Shown here: positions 13,397-27,728 of the stretch, piece after piece
How positions within the stretch are numbered: position 1 is the first letter of the stretch
Layout of the letters: the number at the start of each line of letters is the position of its first letter
Assembly: GCF_964355755.1 (NCBI RefSeq)
Contig: NC_092676.1
Location: 25,128,871-25,192,870, forward strand
DNA: 64,000 nucleotides
Direction of reading: 5' to 3'
Source: Antedon mediterranea
Taxonomy: Eukaryota > Animalia > Echinodermata
Translations under genes and position numbers: made by a program
The notes under the pieces: generated by a model
What the model saw: the letters and a program-made list of their open reading frames with translations, nothing else
What the model was told of the DNA's origin: nothing
Database searches by the model: none

Positions 13397-16300
13397 CGTT
13401 TGTGTACTTCTAACAGACTAACTAACAAAATCAAATCTTTGGTTAAAACAAAATACGACTGAACCGGATGTAGGCCTAGCACCGACGATACGATGAGTCA
13501 GACGATAACGATCAGGCGAAAAGGACGGAAATCATCCCTGTTGTGCGGTTTTGTGATCGAACTTCCAAAACGGGAAGTCTGGCCTCGGCGTGTCGCTGGG
13601 AGAGTGCCTTAAAAAACAGTTAACTATATTCTTCTACCTTCAGAAATAAACCAAAAAATACGTCCTAAAAAGTCACATGTAGTTATGCTTTCTTTACAAA
13701 AACTATTCACTTGATTCTCATCACAGAACAGTTTAATATAGCAATACCATGAGAGGACCTTCTCTTTATAGTTAGTTTTGCTGTTTGACCTATTTTAATA
13801 ATCTTCTCCATAAAAAACAATAATATGAGATTACGCCCTCTATTTTAAGGAATGTACAACTACTTTATGGTATCATTTTGGTACTTTGATGTCTTTCCAA
13901 TTGTCTATGGCGCGCCAAAATTGTTTAACACCCTAAAATCATTGGCAATGGGGAAAACCAGTTATTAAACAAATAAAAATCATCACAAAACTATTCTTTA
14001 AATAAAATCAGAATATTTAATAATTTGCACAATTATCGTTGACAAATAGCAACTTTTTTAATAAGTATTGAAATGCAGATACATAACTACAGTACAAAAA
14101 TATGGCTGTTGAAGTATACCACATAATACAATATGCAAATGTTACTCATGAATATGCAAATTATAATTCATATTAGAACTACTATATATGGTATTATGTA
14201 GATGTTTCTAAAAGTGTACATGCTACACAACATTGTATGAAAATTGATAGTTGCTATACCAACAATCTGTTACCATAGTAACACTAAGTCACCATAAATA
14301 ACGATTATTTTAGTATGGATATATTTGCATATGGTTGAATAGGCCATAAAACTATAGAAAACAAGAACGTTATATTTTAAATCGAAAAATAAAGATTAAA
14401 AATCCAAGCAAGCACAAACGCTTTTGAATCAATATAACATTTTTTTCTTTAAACAATAAAATGATTTTTCTACGATAAAAAGCTGAAGCTAAACTTTACA
14501 CTTAACATTAAAAGCATTTGTGAACAAAACATTTTTTTTTATCAATTTTAATATTTTTAAATAATCGAAAAATACCTACTTTTAAAATGAATTCATAACA
14601 TTGTTAGTGAATAAAATGACAAGTTGCCGTGGAAACATGTATAAATATCTAAAAATGTTCATTTCTTTTGTGAATTTAGAAAAAGATTTGATTCTGAACA
14701 AATGATTATATGAAAGATGCAGGAAAAAAATTAGATGATCATCAGTATAATTATTTTCTAACATTGTGAATAACAATTAGCTAACAATAGTTATCAAGTT
14801 CTCATTAGAAACAAAAGATGTGTTAACGATGTACAATATAAAGCTTGGTTCCTACTTTCACGTAACACAAGGGTGTGAGTCCACTGTAAATAATTGATCA
14901 ATCGCAACGCGATATTCCATCCTACAAGCTTATTCGCACTATAGACAGCGCTGTTGAACTTTATAGGAATTTTAATTTTAACAAATGATGTCATCTTCCA
15001 GTGTGTGAAATGGAACAAGTGTGAATGTAGCTGTATGGTCACTTGTGATTGGTTAATTCAATTACATGCACTACATCATTGTGTTGCGTCCCAGTGTGAA
15101 CCAAGCTTAAGTAATCATCAATACTTACATCAACAGAGTTGATTAATGTATTTCTGATTTCTTTTAATGCTGTTTAAATACAAATCAAATTCAAGGGCTG
15201 TTTTTCTATGCAAGCTAAAATCTGTTCATAATGTACATGCTTAATATAATAATTAGTAAGTAATGCTTAAATTTAAGAAGCGATAAAGGCGACATTTTTT
15301 GTTTTGGTAGTCAATATAATTCTCTCAAGACCACAGCGCAAAACCAAAAAATTGCCACCTAAAACACAAATTGTCAATAAATACAGTATATGGATAAATT
15401 TGAAAATTAAAAATGCTAAAAACAAGCTGAAACTAAGAATATTCTCTGCTGAAAATATTAAAATGTAAATACAGTCATCATTAATATAACATTTCTATGA
15501 TTCTTTTTACAATATTATATATAAAAACTAATGATATAAACTTATTAAAAAGTTATCTCTCTTTTTTTTTATATAACCATTATCAATGGTCCTAAAGTGT
15601 GTAGCATTTTTAATATCAACAGTTCTAATATACATTTTTATGTGATTCTACAAAGTTTTTTTAGTCCCACACCTCTGCACTGCCAAGATTGCACAAAATC
15701 AAAAGAACTCGCTGTGGGAAACTCCCCTCCCTCCCAGAGACTACACCCTCCTGGGAAACACCCTAGGATGTACCCATCCACGTGGTCTTATCATAGGGAT
15801 GTATCACGCCAAGGGATAAAAACATCCCCAAAAAAAAAATCAAAAAGGAAAAAATCTAGGATTATCTTTAGGCTAAATAAAGGGACGTATACCCCAAGGT
15901 TTTGCGTAATACCCATGGAAATGTTCTAATTCTAATTATTTGTATTAATTAGCTAACAGCTAAAAAGTCCTAATTACTCCTTATACAACCAGTAATATTA
16001 GATAGTGTACTATAAAGCATTCATTCCCCTTTGATAAATACATATACAATGTAAAAAAACCTAAGAGCACAAATGGCTAATTTTATGCGATCAAAGCAAA
16101 ACAAATTAAACAAATAACTATTATGTAACAAAACAATACAGTGTATTCATTCAACATAATGATGTTTTTTTTTCTGTGACAGAACACGATTTCTAAAATG
16201 TCGGTCTTAACGGATTGTTAGTGTAGAAGGAAAAATTCAACTTCATAACTTAACAAATTGTGGTGAACCACCCTCTAGTTTATATGAATGTTCATTTTTA

Positions 16301-16674
16301 AATATAGAGAATGAAGTAAAGTTTTTAATTTTCTAAAACACTGGACTACCTTATGATTCCATATACTATACTATACAACTGTCATCCAACTAATCACAAT
16401 ATCTTATACAGGGAAATGTATTACCTACTAAACTAACATTGTTAGAAATAACTTTCAAACCATTTCAAAGTTTAAGATCAATTTAGAGAAAAAATGTTAT
16501 CAACTCATTTGAACATTAAGATTGAAATATGAAAACGTTGAAGATGTGTAAATTAATGATTTGGTTGTGAGATGATAATATTACCACTGTGATGTGATGT
16601 TGACGTCAATGATGTCGATGACGCCAATAATGTTGATGACGCCAATGAGGTTGATGACACCAATGATTTTGATA

Positions 16675-17135
16675 CCAATGATGTTGATTATGACATCACC
16701 ACTAACAATGATGTTGATTATGACATCACCACTAACAATGATGTTGATATGACATCACCACTAACAATGATGTTGATTATGACATCACCACTAAAAATGA
16801 TGTTGATTATGACATCCCCACTAACAATGATGTTGATTATGACATCCCCACTAACAATGATGTTGATTATGACATCCCCACTAACAATGATGTTGATTAT
16901 GACATCCCCACTAACAATGATGTTGATTATGACATCCCCACTAACAATGATGTTGATTATGACATCCCCACTAACAATGATGTTGATTATGACATCCCCA
17001 CTAACAATGATGTTGATTATGACATCACCACTAACAATGATGTTGATTATGACATCCCCACTAACAATGATGTTGATTATGACATCACCACTAACAATGA
17101 TGTTGATTATGACATCCCCACTAACAATGATGTTA
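16675..17135. repeat. 30-bp minisatellite (CAATGATGTTGATTATGACATCACCACTAA), about 15 copies
   Basis: Direct tandem units differing mainly at one A/C position. Confidence 0.95.
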
Positions 17136-17557
17136 TGAAGATAAAGATGCCGAATGAATGTTTGTGATTGACCAGAATTTCAGAATGGCACTGCAAAACC
17201 AAAGAGAAATAAACAAAAGCTAAAATCTGGATAAAGAACTCATTTTCTACCACAACAAACTACTTTGGTTGGTTTGGTTGTACAAAATCATTAATTTTCT
17301 ATCTTTCCAAATATTTTGTTTTCAAATATCAGATTATCCCCTTTCTTTGGAGAATTTCTTTCTAAATCGTAAACATCAAAGAGTAACCATAAAACCAGGT
17401 AGACTACAAAGCATGTTCTAACAAGAACTACATACACCATCCTATTCTCATTAATGAATATTATGTTCAGATAACAATTAACAAATGTTTATATAATTAG
17501 AGAAATGAGTGTTGTAGAGTAGAGTTGTTTTTAATCTTCAACTTTCCTAAGTTTTCT

Positions 17558-18100
17558 TAAAACCTTTCTGAAAATCTGGGGAACAGAGACTATGATAGGT
17601 TAAAATCTTTCCGAGAATCTGGGGAACAGAGACTATGATAGGTTAAAATCTTTCCGAGAATCTGGGGAACAGAGACTATGATAGGTTAAAATCTTTCCGA
17701 GAATCTGGGGAACAGAGACTATGATAAGTTAAAACCTTTCTAAAGAATCTGGGGAACAGAGACTATGATAGGTTAAAATCTTTCTGAGAATCTGGCGAAC
17801 AGAGACTATGATAATTTAAAACCTTTCTGAGAATCTGGGGAACAGAGACTATGATAATTTAAAACCTTTCTGAGAATCTGGGGAACAGAGACTATGATAA
17901 GTTAACACATTTCTGAGAATCTGGGGGACAGAGACTATCTGATAAGTTAAAACCTTTCTGGGAGTCTGAGGGACAGGACTATGATAGGTTAAAACCTTTC
18001 TGAGAGTCTGAAAACCAGAGACTATCTGATAAGTTAAACCCTTTTTAGGAGTCTGGGGGACAGAGACTATCCTATAGGTCAAACACTATGTGAATGTCTG
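17558..18100. repeat. 43-bp minisatellite (AAAACCTTTCTGAGAATCTGGGGAACAGAGACTATGATAGGTT), about 12 copies
   Basis: Tandem units, degenerating towards the right end. Confidence 0.92.
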
Positions 18101-19039
18101 GGGAAAATAGGCTACCATTTCAATAAAGCTGATATGGTTTACAATCACTTAACTATTTAACAAAACACAGACAAATGTACTTCATATTAAAAGTCAAATA
18201 CACTGAACAATGTTTGTGGTAACTTCAGAACACTATACATTAAACAGAATCACCAAAACCCATTAATAAACAAAATAATAAATTATAGTAATTATTAAAC
18301 TAACAATTGTTAATTAAAAATATATTGTCAATTTATATTGTAGAAGTTCTAGACAGACATGCAATGGTTTTAAAAAATTGATTGAAAAAATGTTCATATA
18401 TTTCTGTAAATCATTTTTGTTTTTGTTAGATTTGAAGGAGAAATACTAATATTGAACTGTATACTGAATGTATTAAAGCTTTTTTTATCAATTGCAGTAA
18501 AAATTGTTATTCAAATTAAAGGTTAAAGGTTATGGAGTTTGAAAACAGGTTCGTATCAAATAGATACAAAACATTTGTTATATTTCAAATTTAATTTATA
18601 CTAAGAAATTTTTTTCAAATAATTTGAGAAGTTGTTTTATGATAAGGAAATCTAAATCAACCATGCAGTTAGGGTTTCTTAAGTCTATTATTAGGGCTAA
18701 AAACGAAAACAGGGAGAAAGGGCCAGAAAGTTCAAACATGGAATTTATATATACATTCACAAATCAATACAACGATAAAACTAATATCATATCCTAACTA
18801 CGCACCTACAACACTCATTATCTCCTAACAAGAATCCTTAAACCAATCATAACCAACCCCTGAACAATCCTACCTTTACGATTTCCATCTATTTTTTTAA
18901 AATTTTAACAAAGCCATTTTATTTCTGATGTAACAGAACAAACTATACGGCCGAAACTTGGATCAAATCTGAATAATTTACCCCGGTGAGTGGGGCAGAA
19001 GCGTGTCTAGACTCTTTAACGGCACGATGTTGGATGGAT

Positions 19040-22000
19040 TCAATCACCTCCCTGGTCCCCGGACTGCTGGTCTTGCTCCTGATCGTGCATGTCCTTTATC
19101 TTGTCCGCGTAATCGCTGAAGATGTCTGCAAATCGCTGCAAACCACGCTCTGGAATTGTGATCGAGGTACGGTACTGGTTTCTTGGCTAAAGAAAACAAA
19201 TGGAAAACAACAATTTAAACAACTCTGATGCAGCCACTAATAAATGTAAATAAGGATCTATAACTCTAATTTGGATTTCCAATTTCTTGCTATTGGAACG
19301 ATAAATCTTTCAGTTCTGATTGTCGACTTGTTTTGTAAAAAATAGTGGCACTTTAGGTTGGTGCCTGGGTTCCTACCCTGCCATTTTCACAGTACTGTGC
19401 CAATGCCACTCTGTTGTTGAATGTTAAATTATATACATAAAAAATCTTAAATCTTTATCTATCTATAAATATGTGTTTTCATTAATTTTTTCATTCATAA
19501 TGGTATATTTATTAAAATCATCTTCACAGAAAAACTGAATTGTGACAATTTTTTACATTATTAAAAGGTACTTAAAATATTAAAAATGATTTAAAAAGAT
19601 AGCATAAAATAACATCATAAATTGAGAACCACACAATACATCATATAAAAACATTAAAATAAACGAGCACAACACAACATCAAAACAAGTAAAAATCTAA
19701 ATGACTGGCCAAGTGAATTGAAAAAAAATTACCTAACAAACATAATTATATTTGATTCTTATTACTTCAACATTATATTATACAGAAGGATAAAATGTTA
19801 TTATGTTATATTCGTTACCTGTACTTCACTAACTCGCATGTAGATTCCACGATAGTTGCTGCCCATGTCAAAATAGAACGTTTTATTTTCAATTTTGAAA
19901 TGTTGACTTTCTGGAAGGTCATGTTGAGACTCTGTAAGAAAAATCACAATCAATATTATACTTAAAAAAGTGGTGTCCACTTAAAGCGGTGTCCCATTAA
20001 AGGAGCGCCCCCTTAAAGGAGCGCCCCCTTAAAGGGGCGTCTCCTTAAAGGGGCGTCTCCTTAAAGGGGCGTCTCCTTAAAGGGGCATCTCCTTAAGACA
20101 TATATTGTCCAACAACAATGGTTCTACTGTTAATACATTGCAACATAATAATATTTTTATAATTATATATTTGGAGTTACTAAAAACCTTTGCTTATTAA
20201 AGATGTATTGTCCCTTTGACTAATTCCAAAAAAATTATTAAAAAAATATTTCGAAAAAAGTGGGTCATTTTGAAGTATCATAAAAAAAATTTGTTGAAAA
20301 ATTTTTTTTTAACTGAAATACAGACTTTTTTTGTTCAAAAAATAACTTTGAATTCCAGTCAAAGTTTTCGATCAAAACATATCTCATAATGCAACGCGCT
20401 TGTTTGGCTACTCTGTATGCATAATCATAAAACTTCCTCGCAATCTGTGTGAAAACACCATCTCAACAATGACGGGTTGTAAACAATCCTAATTAACATC
20501 ATGCATAATGCATACTCGTGGTTTGAAATCTTTGTTTAGTTTTATTCGCGACGATTTTCCAGATGAAATTTAATCAAATTAAATTACCTGTTAATTACGT
20601 AAAATGGTTGTTTTTTGGCTCAAATTTTCAACTTAAAGTGAATAACTTTAATATTACTTTGCTATTGCCAATTTAAATTTAGAATATTTTGACCTTCATT
20701 TTTTGTGTTTCAAGGGACAATACATCTTTAATTTAATAATAATTAAACATTACAGCTCTAATAAAGAAAATTTTAAAAATAAACAAGCTATTGACTATAA
20801 CAATAATAAAATATTGATAAAAATAATTATGTAACATGTTGTGTTAAGGCAGCCACATAGCTAGTGGAACATTAAAATGTCTTGCTTGCTTGCCCTCATC
20901 AAAGACATATTGTTTGGAACTACATGCTTTATAGCATTATCAGTTTAATAATTTAACACTAACAGCATGAATAAATAATTAACACATCACTGTTTTTTAA
21001 TTAAGTTCTTAGAACTAAGATTTAAAATTCAGAGAAAAAAAATGTTATAATGATGTACAAGACTAATAGTGTGTGGTTTGTAGATGAAGCCATTACAGTT
21101 ATACTAGTTATATTCTTATCAATTTGTAGATGTAGGCTTTTGTTGTACCAATTTTCATAATGTTCTAATAACTGCCTTTGTGTTTTATGCTCGTTTATTT
21201 CCACTCTCTAAATATGGCTTTTTCCAAATGTTTTACAAAAATACAAACGGTAGGTCACGCATTACAATTGATACCAATATTGGTTTGTACAGTGGAGTGG
21301 AGTTGTAGCTTAGTGGTTAACATGACATAGTGCCAGGGTTGTGACTCGCAACTTTTTCAACTCTACTCCCTAAGCCTAAAATGAGACTTAGTGATAATTC
21401 ATCATTCGTTATAATTAGTACTTTACTTAGTGAATCAAGTTCAATCCAGTGTTAAATAAATTTAACATTTAACATTATTTGTGGTACCTACCCGTTTCTT
21501 GATCCATACCGAACTCGTCCAGTAGTTTGGTTAGTGTGTTTTTGAACTCCACCAAACCCTGTGCAGGAATTGCTATATGACTGCGAGGACCACGAATCGT
21601 CGTCTGAGAAACCTGCAAAAAAACAAAGTTCACAGTTGCCATAGAATAATAATAATAATAATTTAGTTCATTCTTATATAGCACATATAAGCAAACTCTC
21701 AATGCGCTGCACATTATTACCCTGGTCATATTATTACCCATAATAATGCATCTAGTAATCCATGCAAAGTTGTGTCTTGCCTAAGGATACAAGCAATGCG
21801 GCGAGATTTAGATTTAGATCTCGCGGCACACGCCCTTACAAAAAAAAAACATATTTTTGTTGCCAACAAGAAAAAGATATGTAACTGTAAATTGGAAAAT
21901 GAAAATTGCATACTCGTAAAAAGCGGCCTCTGTCGTTTTCTTTGAGATCAAGGTAGTATCGTCTATTCTCCTTCATAACCATTTCGCTCTTAAGCATGCC

Positions 22001-25000
22001 ATCTTCCGGTAAGTTGTCGGGGTCACTTGGCGGCAACTTGACGTAGTATTCACAGAAGGACTCAAGATGACTTCGGAAATCAGCGGCAGCAGACATCGAC
22101 ATCTTCAGTCGATTCTTTCCGATGGGACTCACCTGGCGAAAGTGAAAACATTCATATGTTAAATTCTTAATTCAATCAATTTCATTTAGAAGTGTAACTG
22201 TGAGATAAGTTATATAATATAATATCATTAATATGATCAATTTCTATATGTCTACAGTTGTAATATGTATTATCAGTATTATGTTCAGTAAAGAATTTCT
22301 TGACTAAATATGAATGTTCAGGAAAAGATAAAAAACAAGTTTTATAAAAATAAAATCAAATAAAAAACTACCGTACTGACGCGGGTATAAGCCCACGCCC
22401 CTTGAACATGAAATCACGTCAAGTTTTGGAGGTGGGCTTATATCCGAGGATCCAAAAATGCAGATCGTCAAAAACAGCACATGTACACTGTGTATTCCCA
22501 CCGATTCCACCATGCGAGCGAGCGCCCTCACGTGTACGACGTTGGCTCTAAATACACGAGGTGTAGAGTGTGGGAAAATTAATTCGTGTAATTTATCGTA
22601 GATTATCTTATTTTAAACATCAATTGAACAAGTATTTATCAAGCAGAAAAGCAAGTATACAATGTTTGTTAAAAAGATAGAAATGTACCAAAGAAATTTA
22701 ATAAGCTTGTTTATGGCAGCCGATACCAAATAGTGGTTTTCCGTTTTGGCGACTTGTTGTAGCGTCGTGTGTGAAGAGCGATCTTCGACCGCGATGGAGT
22801 GTAAACAAAACAGGACCGCTAGGCCTCATATGGCCTAGCGTATATTAGCCTAGCTTGGTTATGATCAGAGGTAGGTGTATTCGGTGTATGGACGTCGCCA
22901 AATACAAAATAATGTATTACGACACACACTGTAGATCTTCGAATTAATGGGTGGGCTTATACCAGAGTGCCTCATTTTTCATGAAAGTTAGTCAAAAGTC
23001 GGGGGTGGGCTTATACCCAAGTATGGGCTTATACCCGCGTCAGTACGGTAATTGTAAAAACTTTAATTGAAAGAGCTTAGTACAACTGGATAAACAAAAG
23101 ACAACCTCAGTACCAATTTATATTCCTTGGTGAAACATTGAGATAGTGAGATGAGGCCAAATTCAATGAAACAGTCTGTGTCGTGTATAATAAAAATAAA
23201 GTCTATTTCACTCTTCTTGCCTCATCCTTCAGTTGCGACTTTAAGCAGACAACGTGTTGCATACACAAAAGGCAGGTGTAGTATCATCTCACAGGGTCTA
23301 AGTATCAAGTTACACATCGACTTTTGTGTTTAATATTCCATACCACCTTAATGAATATAACCATCGCTAATCATTAATTATTAATTAATACTATCTAGCA
23401 ATCAATAATACCTCCGTTATCTTGATAAACTTTCCCCTTCTGTTTTCTTTCACATCAATGTGGTATCTCTTTGACTGTATAACCACCGTCTTACTAGCCA
23501 GGTCTGATCCTGAAAAAAGACAATCAATTAATTGATGTGATTACTGTACTTTGTAACATATTTTCTGTACTTATTTTTTAAACCATATAATAACATATTA
23601 TAAATATTTACAGTACTAAATCAATGTAAAGGTGTACAGATGATGACATGTCATGTCTTTATTTTTTATAAGGAATGAGAGAAATTGACATGACATTGTC
23701 ATTAAAAGTAATGTGTATAAAAATACTTTTAAATACCATACGGTATCTGTATAGCTGCTGATTTTGTGAATCTGTCTGAAAACATACGACATGTTTGATG
23801 ACTTGGCGCGACGACGGCAGAGAATATATATACAGTAGGGTAAAAAAAATTCCTTAACAACAAACGTGAATAACCAAATTTCATATCAACAGTACAATAC
23901 AATGGAATTAGATGAGATGCAGCACTGTTAACTGCATGTAATTGTAATACCTCACTGCACTTTATCAATAGTGTAAATATCTCATTATAAATGAATGAAT
24001 TGCCGTGCACTGTCCAGCTTCAACTATTCAACTACACCAAATGTATTTAGACTTGAAGCTTAATTGTTAATGCTGTCAATTTTCATTCATAAAAATTATA
24101 TATTTATTATAATAATATACAGTAAAAACTGGATTGGATTAAATAGAAAGAAATATGCATACACAAATTCAGTAAGTCTCTTTAAGCATAGGATGGTCAT
24201 TAATTAGAGCATGGAAGAACCAATCCCCCATGATTGGAGTGGTTTCCCATCCAATAGACAGGTTTCATCTAATCAGTGAATTGATAGTTGACCTTTCTGT
24301 GATCTGATTGTGAAATTGGTCTAAATATATTTTTCACAAAACATCGTTGTCCTAATATAGCCGAAAGGCTAAATGAGTCTTAATTAAAAGGTACCCCACC
24401 TCAAACGGCGCTAGTTTTGGTCATGCGGTTTAGGAGATAGTTACAAATGTTGAGTTTACCGTACTGACGCGGGTATAAGCCCACCCCCCTTGAACATGAA
24501 ATCACGTCAAGTTTGGGGGGTGGGCTTATACCCGAGGATCCAAAAATGCAGATCGTCAAAAACAGCACATGTACACTGTGTATTCCACCATGCGAGCGAG
24601 CGCCCTCACGTGTACGACGTTGCCTCTAAACTAAATACACGAGGTGTAGAGTGTCGGAAAATTAAGCTTATAGTTCGTGTAATTTATCGTAGAATATCTT
24701 ATTTTAAACATCAATTGAACAAGAATTTATCAAGCAGAAAAGCAAGTATACAATGTTCGTTAAATAGAAATGTACCAAAGAAATTTAATAAGCTTGTTTA
24801 TGGTAGCCGATACTAAATAGTGGTTTTCCGTTTTGGCGACTTGTAGCGTCGTGTGTGAAGCAATCTTCGACCGCGATGGAGTGTAAACAAAACAGGACCG
24901 CTAGGCCTCATATGGCCTAGCGTATATTAGCCTAGCTTGGTTATGATCAAAGGTAGGTGTATTCGGTGTATGGACGTCACCAAATACAAAATAATGTATT

Positions 25001-27097
25001 AAGACACACACTGTAGATCCTCGAATTAATGGGTGGGCTTATACCCGAGTGCCTCATTTTTCATGAAAATTAGTCAAAAGTCGGGGTGGGCTTATACCCG
25101 AGTATGGGCTTATACCCACGTCAGTACGGTAATTGTATTGTACAATATAATATACTGCAGATATAAAAATTACAAAAATGAGAATTCCGCAGCCTACTAG
25201 GAGGAGTTTATTATATATTTCAACAATACTGTACACAAAATGTGGTTATTTATAGTATGTCTACATGGAATACTTTCACTTCTAATGCCAATGCATTTCA
25301 CAATGGTTGAGTTTTTACGCTCCCCAATGATGACCACAAAGAAGAGAACCAAACAGTTCTAATGCAATCACAAACTATGACTGTTGATTTGTGTCCAAAA
25401 GCATACAGTAGGTCGTTATAATATCTGCTCACAAATTATTATTTTTTTAGGCAAACCTACCGACACAACCACCACAATTTTTTTTTATATTCAATTAAGT
25501 ATACTATTACTTTCAACCTTTATCTTTAATAATAGTTTAGCGTATTTACCATGGTTTAATCAATATTTGTCCTGAATACCCACAATACTATACCTATACT
25601 GTATTATCTTATTCAAATGATGCATTATGGGTAATACATTATATAATTATGGAGGACTAGGGTAATTCATTGAGGAACTGAATTCACGGTCCAATCACTT
25701 TGAGGATCTAATTTCATTACCATCTTTTATTTTGAAAAGATAGTAACACAGAGTGTTTTTTAATTTATGCAAACAATACTGCAGCGCTGTGCTGTTGTCA
25801 TGGAAAACACATTTTTTAATGAAGTATTCAAAACCCATCGTTTGCAATTTCTATTGAATGATGACATCAATAGAAATCCATAGAACATTCTTTCTAGTGC
25901 AATCAGTTAATTGTCCTGTTCATTGGCGAACTGTAGAAACCGTCCGACTGTACAAAAGTACAATTACTAGGCCAAGACTGCCAAGAACGGAAGTTGTGTA
26001 ATATAATTAGTGATGAACAAAAATGAAATTCTGTATGCAAATTAGGTCAATGTTATAACAGACACTGCAGGAAATATTTCAGAAAATTTTACATTTGATC
26101 TGGTAATTTAAAATAATGAAATTAATTCTCTCGTTGTTTAATAAATAATGACATGGCATTAAATAGTCAAATATATTATTTTCCAACAAAAATCCAACGT
26201 TTAACCTAGCTACAGTAGGGATAGAAGGCCTAGGCTGCAGGCAAAATCATTTTTGTTTATTTAATTAAAAGTTATTAATATCAAAACTAACTTTTAATAT
26301 TAAAAATTGTGTGCCTAGATTTGGAATTAGATAAACTAAGTTCACAATGAATAGGAATATACGCAATACACACACAGCATACTTAAATATTTATGATGAA
26401 CTGAACTTAATTAAATTAAAGATTGTGAACACATTTATCATTCTGGTAGTCGTGGTACAAATCCATAGATTATCTTTATTTTTATTTATATTCAACATTG
26501 AATAAAATGATAATAATGAGTAAAAAAATAAAGAAAAAACAAAATGATGCAATAACTATAGTTTTGTAGAGTAGAATGTAATCGGCTAAGGACACACCTC
26601 CTCTTCCGAACTTGACCTCTCTGCCTCCCAACAGCCGGCTAGGCCTATCGTTTATAGGAAACTGTTTTCCACATCGAGTAGGTACTACATAATTCAACTG
26701 AATTTTAACCTATTAAATATTCGCAAATGAGAATTCAACCTAATGCATTTCAATTATGTGTTATTCTAAATACCGTTCATTGCAGAATAACCCGCTGTCA
26801 TTGCCTATACGCTTGTTACTATGATTAAATGTACAGCTTATATTTTGACATTAGTAAAGCGGCCATTTTTAGTTTGACCTAGCGATCCGGTGGCGTATCA
26901 GATACCAGCTGAAAAGATAGGGGTCCTCGCACCACACGCCCATCTTTCAATAACAAGCTGTCATTATCAGCCCGGGTGTCAAAAATCGCCTCAACAATTT
27001 ACCGAACAGAAAGCGCATTATTTAATTGTGCTAGCCTTCCACACTTACTTCCTCTCTGGGCCTGTTCATCAGCCTCCGTGCTATCCCGGTCTGACAT
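19040..27097 (-). CDS. PURA: Transcriptional activator Pur-alpha/beta family protein (three PUR repeats), 6 coding exons
   Basis: Exons 27049-27097 (MSDRDSTE), 23412-23509 ([30 protein letters not shown]), 21914-22132 ([27 protein letters not shown]), 21492-21612 ([15 protein letters not shown]), 19819-19931 ([24 protein letters not shown]), 19040-19186 (YRTSITIPE...TGA); phases consistent. Confidence 0.93.
19981..20096. repeat. 16-bp tandem repeat (TTAAAGGGGCGTCTCC), about 7 copies
   Basis: Direct tandem units next to the Pur exon 5 acceptor. Confidence 0.9.
20201..20727. mobile_element. Second copy of the Kolobok-like TTAA element, in Pur intron 4
   Basis: Colinear with 3130-3669 along its length; TTAA flanks. 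Confidence 0.8.
22371..23048. mobile_element. Tc1/mariner (Tc2/pogo-like) non-autonomous element, TIR CCGTACTGACGCGGGTATAAGCCCA, TA TSD
   Basis: TA flanks, about 25-bp TIRs, subterminal GGGCTTATACCC repeats. Confidence 0.85.
24459..25129. mobile_element. Second, same-orientation copy of the Tc2/pogo-like element
   Basis: Colinear and highly similar to 22371-23048; TA flanks. Confidence 0.85.
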
Positions 27098-27728
27098 TTT
27101 CCTTCTCCTTTGAGTAGCTGCCTAGCCAAGCCTTTCTGCGATGAAATATTTTTTTCGCTACGGATCTACAACCAACGACCTCGTTCTGGTCTCCACTTCA
27201 GGTTACCATTCGCGAATAACTGCTACAGCGCCACCTAACAACAACATCATTTTTGCATAAATGCAACAGGCGTTTCTCATTGGTCAATTGTTACCAATTG
27301 TTGACATTACATTTTTGTTTGTTACATAATTATTTCTTTATATCTTATGTTTTAGTTTTCGAAACCATAACACCAGAAAAGGCTAGATATCTGAACATAT
27401 TTTATTGGAAAGAAAGGGTTTGATTGAACTTGAAGGTTAGTTTGGACAATTAATTTTTTAAGAATTTTCTAAACCATTAGGCCTACGATAGGCCTACATT
27501 TTTTTTCTCGCAAAAATACATTTTCTTCAATTCCAGGCCTAGGCTATGCCTATGAAATGAGTACAGAACATATTTTTAGACTTTAGCCTATTCTCAATCC
27601 TTATTAAACATTAATGATCAAATGATTAGTATTAATTTTGTTATATATACTGTACTTTTTTTTAGGAGGCATGTGCAACACACACCCAGGTTTAGCCGTA
27701 CTACCTAATATCACTTTATACATGTAAA
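27098..27728. promoter_or_regulatory. Divergent (bidirectional) promoter between Pur-alpha and the orphan gene
   Basis: Start codons about 630 bp apart on opposite strands; locally CpG-richer; CCAAT boxes at about 27280-27298; YY1-like GCGGCCATTTT near 26859 in Pur intron 1. Confidence 0.6.

Noticed and set aside
16749-17138. 129-aa ORF (MTSPLTMMLI)n
   Set aside because: Artefact of a 30-bp minisatellite; no splice or protein-family support.
17558-18100. Regular repeats as a possible CRISPR array
   Set aside because: Units are contiguous with no unique spacers; eukaryotic minisatellite.
24490-24816. 108-aa ORF inside the Tc2-like element
   Set aside because: No transposase motifs and not kept open in the sister copy.
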